DNA from: Octopus vulgaris
Lineage: Eukaryota
DNA length: 64,000 nt
Assembly: GCA_951406725.2 (NCBI GenBank)
Contig: OX597815.1
Span: 84,010,001-84,074,000 of the forward strand
Reading direction: 5' to 3'
Shown: one piece after another, positions 23,886 to 36,270 of the stretch
Layout: the number at the start of each line of letters is the position of its first letter
How positions within the stretch are numbered: the stretch's first letter is position 1
Notes under the pieces: generated by a model
What the model saw: only the letters and a program-made list of their open reading frames with translations
Databases searched by the model: none
Told to the model about the DNA's origin: nothing
Program-made: the position numbers and the translations under genes

Positions 23886-26511
23886 TTATTTCATAACATT
23901 TGCCATAAAGACAGTACATAGAGTAAGTTAGCTTTGCGGGCTGGACGAGGACATTAATGAAATGAATGATAATGAAAGAAAGATGATGGGGATGGGAGAA
24001 GACAAATAGCGCCCGCCGACTTCTGCTTCTCTAAAACATTGTTCTTTTAAAAACAAACACAAAACGAGGTATTAAACCTCTTACAATTTTTACAACTTTT
24101 CAATTTTTGGACTTAACAGTCCATTACTAACAACAACATAGTTCAGTAATTACATATGATATAAATACAATACACAAAGCCCCTCCTCCCAGACCTGGCT
24201 TACACTTCCCTTAGGAATGCGCCAGCTCTAGGTCTGGGCCCCTCAAGTCGTATCACAATTTATGACTCGTCCTCAAAATAACTTGTGTCCGCACCCTCCG
24301 CCATCCACCACGCCTCCCTCAGAATGTAATCGAGTTCAGTGTTAGCGTCGCCCGGGACCAAGCTATAATCCTCATTGAGCTCCTTCAGCCCAAGCGCCAC
24401 GTCGAACGCCACGGCCTCCACAGCTACCTGCGGAGGCCATTCGGGGACCTGTGTGAAGGCTAAAGGTGCTCCCTTATGGTGCTTTTCCATCACCTTTTCA
24501 ATCTCTCCGCCTCTATGGAAGAGGATCAATACATCGTTTTTACTCAGGTGCGGGATATTGAATTCTTTCGTTGGCGGCACAGTTCCCGCCAACGGCGTTT
24601 CTTCTCCTGTCGGTGGCACAACCCCAACCGACGTAGTTCCGAGACATTCCGGTACTATGTCACCGACTGCCGGTAATGTCCCGTTTCTCTTCCTCTTTTC
24701 CTTTTTTTTCTTTTCAACTGAGGGAGGGTGCGTCTCCTCCGTGGCCGGAAGATTCGCCTTTCCCTCCTCATCCCTAGTATCCTTTGGTGAGCACCCATTG
24801 TTGCTCACCTTCCTCTTTCGGCCTCTGTTTGAGGAGTCCTCCATTTCCTCGGCCGTTTTCATTCCCTCTTCTACAGGGGTTTCACTTAACTGTTCCGGGA
24901 TCCTATTTTGTTCTCAGGGTACTCCGTGTAGGACCGAATTCCTTCCCATGGTCCTTTCTCTTTTATTTTCCCTATCACATTCTCCAGTGTTCCTCCTTTG
25001 TGGAAGAAGACAACATATTGATCCTCCGGCGGCACACCCGCCTGATGATACTTGGGAGAGGCCGTCTGCGTGTCACAATCCGCCGGCGGCGTCCCGTGTC
25101 TCTTCTCCCTTTTTTTCTTCTTTCCTTGGGCCACGGGAGGTTGAGGTTCCGGTGTTGCACACACCGGGTCCTCTTTTTCTCCCGCAGCTTCCGGGTCTTT
25201 TGGTGGGTCACCATTGTTTCCCACTTTTCTTTTTCTCGTTGTGGAAGTTACTGCTTCCTCGTTCTGTTCCTCTCCCTCCATTGGGAGGGGGGCAGGGAGA
25301 GGTTCCAACGTCAACTGCTCCAGGATCCTACTTTGGTCCCTGGGGCAGATCTTCTTAATGTGGCCGGTCTCCAGGCAGAGGTGACACTTGGGGGGGGGGG
25401 GGCGTCCCTCATGCATCACCGGATACCTGGACCCGGCCATCCTCAAAAAGTCAGGAAAAACCAGACTTTTGGCTGATTGGGTCCATAGGGTCAAAACAGC
25501 TTTTGATTCCTCCCAATCAGCCGCAGGCAACACTTTTACATTCAGCAGCTTGGAACTGCTACCATCCAGGCCCCGGCGGATAGAATCCTCTATCCACTCG
25601 GGTTCAACGCCGGGTGGTAAGCCGCAGATCCAGGCTCTCAACAATTTTTCTCTCTTGTAATTTGGGAGAAACAATATTTCTTTGCCCTCAATGGGCTGGC
25701 TTGCAAAATCGCAAGCTTCTTTGGGGGAGTCAAATAGCAATCAAACCGTTGCGTATTTCACTCCCCGTGCGATAAATTTAACGGCTGGCAAGTAATCCGC
25801 CAGCTCGTTCAGTATGGTGGCCTTCGGGAAGACGGCTATGGTGTCGAGTGACTTCGAATAAGTCCTCAACACCACGGTCTTCTTCTCCAGCTCTTTCAAA
25901 TATTTTTTGGGAGGTGTCAACTCCCACACAGTAAATTCCTTTGCCATTTTAACGTAAAGTTCAATAACAGTTCAAAATGTAATAAAATAAGACACAAAAA
26001 GGAGAATGAAAAACACAACAGAAGGGACGAAATGAAAATAGAAATAGCAGTTCAAAAAAAGTTTTTTTTTTTTTTTAAATAAACGAAAGTTAGAAGAGTT
26101 CAAATCCAGACAAAGGAATTAATTTTTTTTTTTGCGGCCAAAAAAAGTTACTCCTGGCCAAACGTTCAAACAGTCGTTGGTTATCTTTAGTGCTTCCTGG
26201 TAAATCCCAAAAGAAAAACAGTTCTTGGTTATCCTTGATAATTTCCACACGATGCAATTAATTTTTTAATTTTTGAGGAGGGGCTACGCCTCCTCAAAAA
26301 ACACAATTCTCACTGCAAAGTGAGTCGTTACGCTCGACCACAGGCAGGAAAAATGTCCGGAGCAAAGTGGAGTCTATTACTTGCTAAAAAATATCAAATG
26401 CAAAGCAATAAACTTCACTAAGCCCCTAAAAAATTCAACAAATGCCTACCTGTAGTCGAGTCTCAAAATTCAATAATTCACGCCGAAAGACGTGTCAACC
26501 GGCAGCGGACT
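23886..26511 (-). mobile_element. ORF1-only (HAL1-like) L1/Tx1-type retroelement
   Basis: ~560-nt 5' UTR, a single gag-like ORF, ~370-nt 3' UTR ending in AATAAA; no ORF2; GC-richer than its flanks. Confidence 0.65.
24260..25947 (-). pseudogene. retrotransposon ORF1-like nucleic-acid-binding protein with CCHC zinc knuckle (~560 codons; one in-frame stop, one frameshift)
   Basis: MAKEFTVW...KYATV*LLFDSPKEA continues in frame; RAWICGLPPGV (RRM-like); CHLCLETGHIKKIC = CX2CX4HX4C; frameshift near 24905 joins NRIPEQLSETPVEEGMKTAEE...FEDES*. Confidence 0.75.
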
Positions 26512-26513
26512 GT

Positions 26514-26818
26514 GGAGGCCCAATGGCCCAGTGATTAGGGCAGCGGACTCGCGATCGCAGGATCGCGGTTTCGATTCCCTGACCGGGCGTTGTGAGTGTT
26601 TATTGAGCGAAAACACCTAAAAGCTTCACAACGTTCCGGCAGGGGAGGGGGTGATCACTGCTGTACTCTTTCACCACTCTTTCTCCACTCTTTCTTCTGT
26701 TGGCCTGCTCGCTTAGCCAGCGAGGTGGCGTCATTCGAAGGCTAAAACAATGCGAACGCATTGTGACCAGCGATGTGTAACTATATCTGATGGTCTGGTC
26801 GGTCACGTGATCACGTGA
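26514..26818 (+). mobile_element. SINE family C
   Basis: tRNA-like head TGGCCCAGTGATTAGG...GGTTTCGATTCCC; tail GGTCACGTGATCACGTGA; near-identical to 37363-37655. Confidence 0.85.
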
Positions 26819-26822
26819 TATA

Positions 26823-26880
26823 AATGGCGGTGCCCCAGCATGGCCACAGCTTGTGAGCTGAAACTAGATAAAAATAAAAA
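26823..26880 (+). mobile_element. CR1-type LINE extreme 3' tail
   Basis: GGCGGTGCCCCAGCATGGCCACAGCTTGTGAGCTGAAACTAG, homologous to the end of the CR1 fragment at ~54160-54203. Confidence 0.6.
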
Positions 26881-27007
26881 ATTAAAAAAATTTCTGTGTG
26901 TGTATATGCAATCTATGTGTAATCGAATGATGAATTGGTAATAGATTCATATATAAACATGAATATGTCTGCATATATATGTATGTACATAAATATATGT
27001 GTATGAG

Positions 27008-27054
<47 letters not shown>

Positions 27055-27107
27055 TTTAAATTGTTTCAGCTTTATATATGTATATTTATATATGTATACG
27101 CACACAG

Positions 27108-27146
<39 letters not shown>

Positions 27147-27150
<4 letters not shown>

Positions 27151-28626
27151 GAAATGAAGAAAATGCTGACAAATAATTGAAGTAATTTAAGTAATTTAAT
27201 TAGGTGAAAGTTCTTTTTACCGGTTGCGCATTTGTTATGCTTATCAAAATATAAAAGAGAGATTAGAGTCTGTCTCTTATATGTGAAAAAAAGAGGCTCC
27301 AGAGTTGTTTGGGATTTGCTTGGTTTCGCGCCTAAAATTTTGATTGGTCATTATGAAGGGGTCACGTGAATGTTTGAATGGAAGTTGGTGTTGGGGTAAG
27401 AAAAAAGGCTCCAGAGAAGTTAAAATTTGGCTAGTGTCCCGCCTAAAATTTCTTATTGGCCATAATAAAGAGGTCACGTGAATGTTTAGAATTTTCGAAA
27501 ATAGTGTTGTTGAAAATTCTTATTGTTCAGGCTGGTCAGTAGACGTCATGTGGATATTTTAAATAGCTTTTTAGCGCGTAGTTAGGGAGTGTATTTTCCG
27601 CTTGACTGGATAAGTAAGTTCGTTTAGAACAGGGAGAGCTGTATGTATGTATGTGTGTGCGCGCGCGCGCGCGTGTGTGTGTTTATATGTATGTTGGGGC
27701 GCGCGCGCGTGTATATATGTGTGTGTGTGTGGGTAAAATTTTCAATATTTATAGTTCTGCTGGCCTTGTGCCTGTATCGGGAAGCAACGTATTTGTGTGA
27801 AGTCAATATTTACAGCCATTTCCAAAAAATAGTGTTGGATGTTTTGCACCCGTATTCAATTATGTGTATGTGTGGAACCATATATTTGTGTGTGTCATGG
27901 TGTTAATATCTGGGTAAAGGTGTGTGTAGGGTGTGTGCAGGTGTAAGTGTGTTTGTTGTGGGTTCGTGTTAGGGGCATGTGTTTAGAAGTGGTCTGTATT
28001 TATTAATAAGGTGGGATTCCATGGTTATTCGCTGGGTATGAGTGGCATTGTCTTTAAATTTGTAGAGGGGAAAGATTCTAAAATTGGGATGGAGTTGTGC
28101 GGCACAGGTATCAATATGTGCACTAAATGCTATTTTTCTATATTCCTGTATTTTTATTTGGGATCTGTGGACAGTCATGCGTTGGCGGAGGCTATTTTTT
28201 GTTTGGCCTATGTAGTGTTCATTACAGCCCGAGCAAGTTAAGACATATACTAGGTTTTCTGATGCGCATGTGAAGTTGTGTTTTACTGTGAAACGTTGTC
28301 CTTGTTTAAAAAGGAATTCCGGACCTTCTATTAGGTTGATGCATATACCACAGTTGGGTCTATTGCATTTGTTTACTGTGGGTTTAGTTGTTGTGGTTGG
28401 CAGTACTTTGGCATTTGTTAGGATGGTTTTCAATGATTTGGGTTGCCTTTTGCTCTTTAGGATTTCGTGTGTTAGGAGGATTTGGTTCATTCTATGGTCC
28501 TTTTGTAATACAGGAATGTTCTGGAGGATGGTGTCAAAAGCTTCATTGTTGAGGGGGTTGTGTGTAGAGATGTATGGTAGAGTATGGGGTTTCGATGTAA
28601 CAGGTTTAGGGCGTCTAAGTTCCTGC

Positions 28627-28627
<1 letters not shown>
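27147..28627 (-). mobile_element. 5'-truncated Penelope-like element (GIY-YIG endonuclease plus 3' pLTR) inserted in (TA)n
   Basis: (TA)n on both sides; EN domain ORF followed by non-coding pLTR with a hammerhead-like motif at 27213-27250. Confidence 0.88.
27969..28627 (-). pseudogene. Penelope-type GIY-YIG endonuclease, C-terminal part of the ORF
   Basis: LPYISTHNP...CNRPNCGIC...FTCASENLVYVLTCSGCNEHYIGQTKNSLRQRMTVH...MESHLINKYRPLLN; the N-terminal part of the track ORF is microsatellite artefact. Confidence 0.9.
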
Positions 28628-28663
<36 letters not shown>

Positions 28664-29504
28664 AATATATATGTACATATATACGTACACATGTATATAT
28701 ATATATATATATATATTTACATACATATATATGCATATATATGTATGTATGTATGTATGCATGCATGTATGTATGTATGTATGTATGTATGTATGTATGT
28801 ATGTATGTATGTATGCATGCATGTATGTATGTATGTATGTATGTATGTATGTATGTGTGTGTCTTATTTAGCACGAATAAGGCGACTTTGTTATTCCTCC
28901 TTTCGGAATCGTAAAGTAGATACCAGTTGAAGATTGGGCTCGAGGTAATCGACTTACCCTCTCCTTCGAAATTGCTGGCCAAAATTTGAAACTATTATTA
29001 AACTTGAGTTCTGCAGCTGGTTTGCCACTTTTGTCAAGCTAGCTTGTGATACTCTCCATCTTTGGCGTTATTTTCCTGCCTCTTGAACTACTACTCTCCA
29101 CTCTTCTGCCATGGTTGAGTAGTTGGCGACTAAATTGGCTCTTGACACCCAGTAGTACTAAATAGAATACCTGTCGAGGGGCAGATGAATCCTTGCGGGT
29201 GAACTGCCATCTAAATTCCAATTGTTTTAGGGTGCTTTTGGAGGTTTTTCGTTGCCGACTCAGGTTTTCCAATCATTCTGGCTTTCATATTCCATGATCA
29301 ATTGATATGTGTTCTGAAGTCTGTATATTTTACAATATTTTTGTTTTCTTTATTATCGATGTAATGATATCATGAGCAATCGACATTGATAAAGAAACTC
29401 CTGCTTACAGTAATTAAGTTATTCATGATATTGCACAGTATCCAGTACTGTGATGTTGTAGATTAAAGGTATTATGTCTACTGGGTATTTGTACTGTCTG
29501 TCAA

Positions 29505-31750
29505 GTCGTAATAAGGATAAACAATACTTTCCGCAGTATGCGAGCAGTTCCAAGTAAAGCGGATTTTTGCAACACACACATGTCGTATGTTGTTCACAGA
29601 GTTCCGATATTTCTTAAGGTTGGGTGGCATTTAGCCCAATATATATGATGACAACAGGAACAACCTTTATGTTTGACTCGTGCAGCTGTCACATCTTGGC
29701 GTTTTTTATTTTCGGCTCACCATATTGGTCGACCTTTTCTCTTTCTTTTATGATATGTTGATCCCTTGGCACTACCATGTTGATTATTAGACATTCTTGC
29801 TTCTCCCCCTAAAGGCTACAACAGCCAGTCTTTGGTGCTGTAATTCATTGTCTCTCTGGAAGTTTATGTCACTGAGAATCTTTACCTTCCTATTTCCGTC
29901 CATTATATTTTCCAGTGTCTATTGGAACCAAGCACACGTTACCTTATATCCATACATCAGGCACAGTAGCCAGTGAATGTTGTTGGCTACCTTGTCGTGT
30001 CTACGCTTGTACTCTTTCTGTGCAAGAATTTCACAAGCACTAGCAATTGGCGATCGTACGCCTTACGATAGTCGATCCATGACATGGCTAAGTTAGTTTT
30101 CCTCCTCTTGCATTCTCTAAGTACAGTTTTGTACAGGAATTGATCCTTGGCCCATCTGCACTTACGCTTGCAACCCTTCTGCTCTTGTGGCAGGTCTCTA
30201 TTTTTTCCATATGAGCATACATTGACTCTGCGAGTATTCCAGTCAATAATTTCCACATAAGTGGTAAACAGGATATCGGCCTGTAATTTTCTACCGTATT
30301 GCCTTTTTCGATGTTTTTCAAGCAAAGCACTGTCCTACCCAATGTCAACAACTCTGTTATTACTTGGTCGGCATTTAACAAGGTGCTGAATTTCGCGGCT
30401 ATTCATGCATGACATTCACCAAATCTTTTGATCCAGTAGCCTTGAACTCCATTTGGTCCCGGGACATTCCAGTTGCTCATCTGTTTGCTGCTTTCCTTCA
30501 CTTATCTAACTGAAATGTCTAGTTACGCCTGTTTTAGACAGACTACTGTTTGTTTCAGTTCTTGCAACCATTGAGCATCCTTCTTGTACTCCTTGTCTTT
30601 GCTCTCCAGATGACACTTCAAAACCTTTCATTGTTATCTGGTATCAACTTTTCATCTGTACACTTTCCACTTATTTCTTTATAGAATCTCTTCTGATCTA
30701 CACTGAATAATCTTTTCTGGGGTAACCTTTCATTCGTTGGTCGTATCTTACCGTTTTTGCTTTGTTTCCAACGAGGCGCTGCTTCAGTTCCTATATTACC
30801 ACATTCGGGCCTTTTCTTTCAATATTATACTTCCGTTTAGTGCCCTGTATTTTTGTTCGCTTTTAAGCTCCCTTTTCTCTTTTCGGTCTAACACAGAAAT
30901 TTCCTTCGAGAGCATATCTAACCCTGCCTGTATTGTTCTTTTCCACCATGGGTATTTTCTTTTGTTACTTCCATTGTATTTCTTTTTCCCGACATCAACA
31001 CCCACATTTTCTGCTACAACAATACTTGCTGTCTTGATCAAGTTATTTGTTTCTGTGATGTTGTTTGTTCTGATGTATTTCAGAATGTCATTCACATTCG
31101 TTTCTTGGTTCAGATTCCACCGGTCAGCCATTTTAAGTTTGCAAATAATGTCACTATCATTCTCTTGTAGTCTTGCCTGTATTCTGTCGTAGATTGCCTT
31201 TTGTTCATGTCATGTCGCCATTAGTTTTTTTGTCTTCTTTTAGATCTTCTACATGTCTCTCATCAAGTGAACTACCACTGTTCCTTTCCTGTGCTATGAG
31301 ATTACTTTTATTAGTAAGAACTGTATTTCCATTGTTATCCTTGCTGCTGCTTTCCAAGACCCGTCTTTTGATTGCTTCGAGCTCTAATTCTGTGTACCAA
31401 CAATTTTTTCTTATTGCTCTGGTTTGATCACATACTCTCTCTTCTGTGAGTTGAAACAATCCCTTTTTTCTCCAATGATCATACATACGTTGTCGTACCC
31501 ACTAATTTGAGCACCATTTTCATGTACCGGGTTGCTCAGTTAGTAACACTCCATGACCACAACATTAATTTGCTTGCTCCATCTACCCCGTGTGAGGTGA
31601 TCCCTTTCTTGATATCGACAGGCTGGAGCCGGACCAGAATCTCTAAGCCCGCCGGGTGTAACTCTGTCACCATCAATGGCTTCAGTTTCATTACCACCGT
31701 TATTCACAATATTTTGTTTATTCATTGTCACTCATATAATGTAGTGATTA
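29505..31750 (-). mobile_element. R4/Dong-type LINE with N-terminus retained and a large internal deletion
   Basis: [57 protein letters not shown] fused directly to [18 protein letters not shown]; ends LQKSALLGTARILRKVL. Confidence 0.9.
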
Positions 31751-31825
31751 TCAGGTTGCGCAATTACCAGTGTTTTTATTGTGACACCATCACTAGATTT
31801 ATCATTAATCGTTATTATTATTATT

Positions 31826-32327
31826 GAGTGAGAGAGCAGTGCATGCCATCAAAGTGACACTGGGGTAAAATATACGAAGCCCAATATACCCATCATGACT
31901 ACCCGTCTGATAAGGGTACACCAGGCACATGCATCACAACCATATGTGTGCGACATGGTGATCTCATATCAAGATAAACAGCACATGACCTTGCAGGTGG
32001 GGCCCAGTTAGAATTTTCTTCAGGTTGAGTAGCCCATCCCACTCAAAAGGTCCCTGAATAAGGGTTGTTTAAGGATGTTGAAAGAACCACCCATGTTTCC
32101 AGAGGTGAATTATTCAAACCCCAAAGAATCCCTCTCAACACATAGCTATGATGCTCCCCCACTACTTCTGCTCGTGATCAGGGATGCACATATCGTCAGC
32201 CACTAAGGAACATGCTCAACTGGTTAAGGTCAAACAACTGACAAGCAAATCTGTGGTATTGAGCAGAATATTTGCTGTAGCCCATATTTTATACCAAGAC
32301 AAAACAATGTACATGATAACACTTCCA
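31826..32327 (-). mobile_element. (TAA)n-embedded non-coding element, copy 3
   Basis: reverse complement of ~19232-19733; (TTA)n on both sides. Confidence 0.87.
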
Positions 32328-32390
<63 letters not shown>

Positions 32391-32489
32391 CATTATTATT
32401 ATTATTATTATCATTATTATTATTATTATTATCATCATCATCATCATCATTTGATTAAAAACTCAGCTTATTTTGCTGAGTATGATGGA

Positions 32490-32805
32490 AATTGTCAGCT
32501 GCCCACAGTTTGACCCTTGTTTACACGTCATGCTTCAAGAAACCTGCGAAGAGTTCTTGCAGTTCCAAGCAATGCTGATTTCCGTAGGTGTTCTACCTTT
32601 ACGTTTGTACCAATCTTTTTGAGCTATGCTAGTAGTTGAGTGCTGATACTTCCAAGTGCGCTAATTAGTATTGGTATCACGTCTACTGTCCTCATTGACC
32701 ACAACCATCGTGTTTCCCACTGCAAATCGTCGTGGTTTTTCAGATTTTCTACTTCTTTGCCTTTGATCCTGTTGTCACCGGGAGACGTTATGTCGATTGT
32801 CATTT
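32490..32805 (-). mobile_element. R4/Dong-type LINE 3' fragment
   Basis: homologous to 3870-4190 (EHLRKSALLGTARTLRRFLE); abuts long (TTA)n. Confidence 0.8.
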
Positions 32806-32806
32806 A

Positions 32807-32869
<63 letters not shown>

Positions 32870-32881
32870 CATTATCATTAC

Positions 32882-32936
<55 letters not shown>

Positions 32937-32970
32937 ATTATCTTCATCATTATTATTATTATTATTATTA

Positions 32971-33063
<93 letters not shown>

Positions 33064-33937
33064 TTATTATTAACATCGGTTAACATGCATTGCTTTATTT
33101 CCTCTGATTATGAGAGTTCATATCTCTGCCTTTCATCTCTTTGAGGTGGATAAAATAAAGTAGCAGCCAAATACTGGAGCCGGTGATTCACTCAACTAAC
33201 CCCTGCCCCTTCCATATAAAACATTTTGCCTAAATTGGAGGCAATATTAAAGAACATTGGATTGGCAAAATCGAATGAAATGCCTTGTAAAGATTTTTTT
33301 TTCTCTATTATCTGAATTTAGATCTCCCCGAAGTGAACTTAATCTTTCATTTCTTCGGAGGCGATACAATAATCAGTTGTTAACAACGGAAGTATAATAT
33401 TAGACTAACCCTTTCCCTACAAAATCCCTGGCACTGTGCACAAACTAGAAACAATTACTACTAACCTACACACTATTCACAGAACTACTATGATTTGCTT
33501 TAAGTGTTAGGCATCGCTTTCGTGTCAAAGGACTAATAAGATTGAAACAAAACCTGAGTTTCTCCTATAGAGTTGAGATAAGTAAATTCAATACTGTATT
33601 ACATATTTAAGTTATTTAAATGAATAGAAAACCAGCATCGTCTCTGCATCTCGGATATTTCGGACTGTGCACATTACTAAGTGTGTAATTATGATAATAA
33701 TATGATTTCAAATTTTGGCACGATGCCATCAATTTTGGGGGAGGGGTTAAATCAGTTGTATTGACCCCAATAAATTGATTTAATATATGCGTTATATTAG
33801 CGTCCGAGCTACAAATATTGAATCCTCCTTCGTTTAACCTTTCATTCTATCGATTGCTTCATTTTCCCAGTTAGTCGCTTTGACTACACGCACATATGAA
33901 TGCACTCACACGAAAGTACATACACACACACACGCAT

Positions 33938-33973
<36 letters not shown>

Positions 33974-34343
33974 ACAGATATACACACACACACAGAAATA
34001 TACACGTACAAACGCACATATTACATTATATTTCAAAATACGTATTCTTAAACACTCACTGATAAGCAGAAACACCGCGATATCGTCAGAGAAATAAATT
34101 AATATGTATATATAATGGGCAGGGCATTTAAGGAACGCCTATTTCTAATCATAATTCACATTTATACTTTATTGTATTTAAATGAATATGTAATAATTGT
34201 GGAATGAATTAAATCGGCATGTTCGTGTGTTAACGTGAATGCAACTACAAGAATGCTTATATGATTGAATACATGTATTTACTTCATGCAGACGCACACA
34301 TAAATACATCTATCTATCTATCTATTTATCTATCTACACGCAC

Positions 34344-34381
<38 letters not shown>

Positions 34382-34666
34382 ATAGATATACATATACACG
34401 AACCATTGCTATGCGCAGATTCATAAGATCGGGTTTCGATTCCCAGCGCGTGTGGTTCGTTATGTTCCTCAACAAGGGGCTTCATGTCATGTTGCCACAC
34501 TTTACTCAAGTGGTAATATGTACCACTCTAATGCCAGTACACATCTTTCACCACTCAGTACACATATCTTCTCTCTTTCCCTTTCTACCGACAAAACACC
34601 ACCACATGGATTCTATTGAGAAAAGTAAGAAACGATTATGAACTTTTCAATTTTCCCTTTTTATAA

Positions 34667-34713
34667 TATTTTTGATGAGGTTCGTTTTTTCAAGAACCGA
34701 AACATGTAAAATT
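34667..34713 (+). ncRNA. minimal hammerhead ribozyme-like motif
   Basis: ATTT-TTGATGA-GGTTC(loop)GAACC-GAAA-C(AT)G-TA-AAAT; perfect 5-bp stem II, palindromic ACATGT; only C3 differs from the core consensus. Confidence 0.62.
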
Positions 34714-34803
34714 CATAAGAAAATTAAAATTTATCTAATATAGTTGCGTTTTCAAACTTCTTTTTTACAAATATATACCCACTCGTATACGATCTACTCT
34801 TAT

Positions 34804-34859
<56 letters not shown>

Positions 34860-34907
34860 CATACATGTGCACACATACATACACACATATATGCATATAA
34901 ATATATT

Positions 34908-34968
<61 letters not shown>

Positions 34969-35225
34969 TTTTATGCTCAGAAACGGTGCATGGAACCAGA
35001 AGTTTCGGCTCGCTTGAACAGATTTCACTATCATGAAGTCGCATTAAGTTGTAATAAGGATGTCAACCCAAACTAATATTTTGAAAGCATTTAATACCGT
35101 CATTTTTTATATGCATATTATATAATAAGATATATAACCCTTACGGAGGACCTTCCTTCGATAATACATTTCAAAAATAAGCTAACTGACGGGATTTGTT
35201 CTACACACACACACACACACACATT

Positions 35226-35269
<44 letters not shown>

Positions 35270-35288
35270 ACACACACACACACACAAA

Positions 35289-35352
<64 letters not shown>

Positions 35353-35724
35353 ACACGGTAGTAGAAATAATCGGCAACTAAGTTGGGATGAAGAATATAT
35401 AGAGAGGTACGCAGACGGAGGGAGATACAAGAAGAGATTGGGGAGGTGGAGAAGGACATCGTGAAGAAGAAGAAGAAGAAGAAGAAGAAGAAGAAGAAGA
35501 AGAAGAAGAAGAAGAAGAAGAAGAAGAAGAAGAAGAAGAAGAAGAAGAAGAAGAAGAAGAAGAAGAATATGTAACAAATTCCATCAGTTGGTTATATTTT
35601 GAAGTCTACCAACTCAGGAAGATCTTGCGGTCTGGATGTAGTTTTTATCAGATTTTAGTTAGATCTGAAACGCACGTAATAAATGCTTGGTTGGTTTTGA
35701 CTTCATTATCATAAATTCTATGGA

Positions 35725-36270
35725 AGGCAGCGAGCTGGCAGGATGGTTAGCACGCTGGACGAAATGCGTAGCGGTATTTCGTCTGCGTTACGTTGTGAGT
35801 TCAAATTCCGCCGAGGTCGACTTTGCCTTTCATCCTTTCGGGGTCGATAAATTAAGTACCAGTTAGGCACTGGGGTTGATGTAATCGACTTAATACCTAT
35901 GTCTGTCCTTGTTTGTCCCCTCTGTGTTTAGCCCCTTGTGGGTAATAAAGAAATAGGTATTTCGTCTGCCGCTACGTTCTGTGTTCAAATTCCGCCGATG
36001 TCGACTTTGCCTTTCATCCTTTCGGGGTTGATTAAATAAGTACCAGTTACGCACTGGGTCGATATAATCGACTTAATCCGTTTGTCTGTCCTTGATTGTT
36101 CTCTCTGTGTTCAGCCCCTTGTGGGTAGCAAAGAAATAGGTATTTCACCAGTCGCTACATTTTGAGTTCAAATTCCACCGAGGTAGACTTTGCCTTTCAT
36201 CATTTCGGAGTCGATAAACTAAGTACCAGTGAAACACTGGGGTCGATGTAATCGACTTAACCTTCCTCAA
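35725..36270 (+). mobile_element. tandem trimer of SINE family A
   Basis: GGTATTTC...GTTCAAATTCC...CCTTTCATC...AAGTACCAG repeated three times; units joined at AAAGAAATAGGTATTTC. Confidence 0.88.

Noticed and set aside
24375-25476. 327-aa and 230-aa plus-strand ORFs
   Set aside because: Antisense shadows of the minus-strand ORF1-like frame, which carries the zinc knuckle
26514-26590. tRNA gene-like sequence (also at 14479, 37363 and 57320)
   Set aside because: It continues into a shared SINE body and has no complete cloverleaf, so these are SINE heads and not tRNA genes
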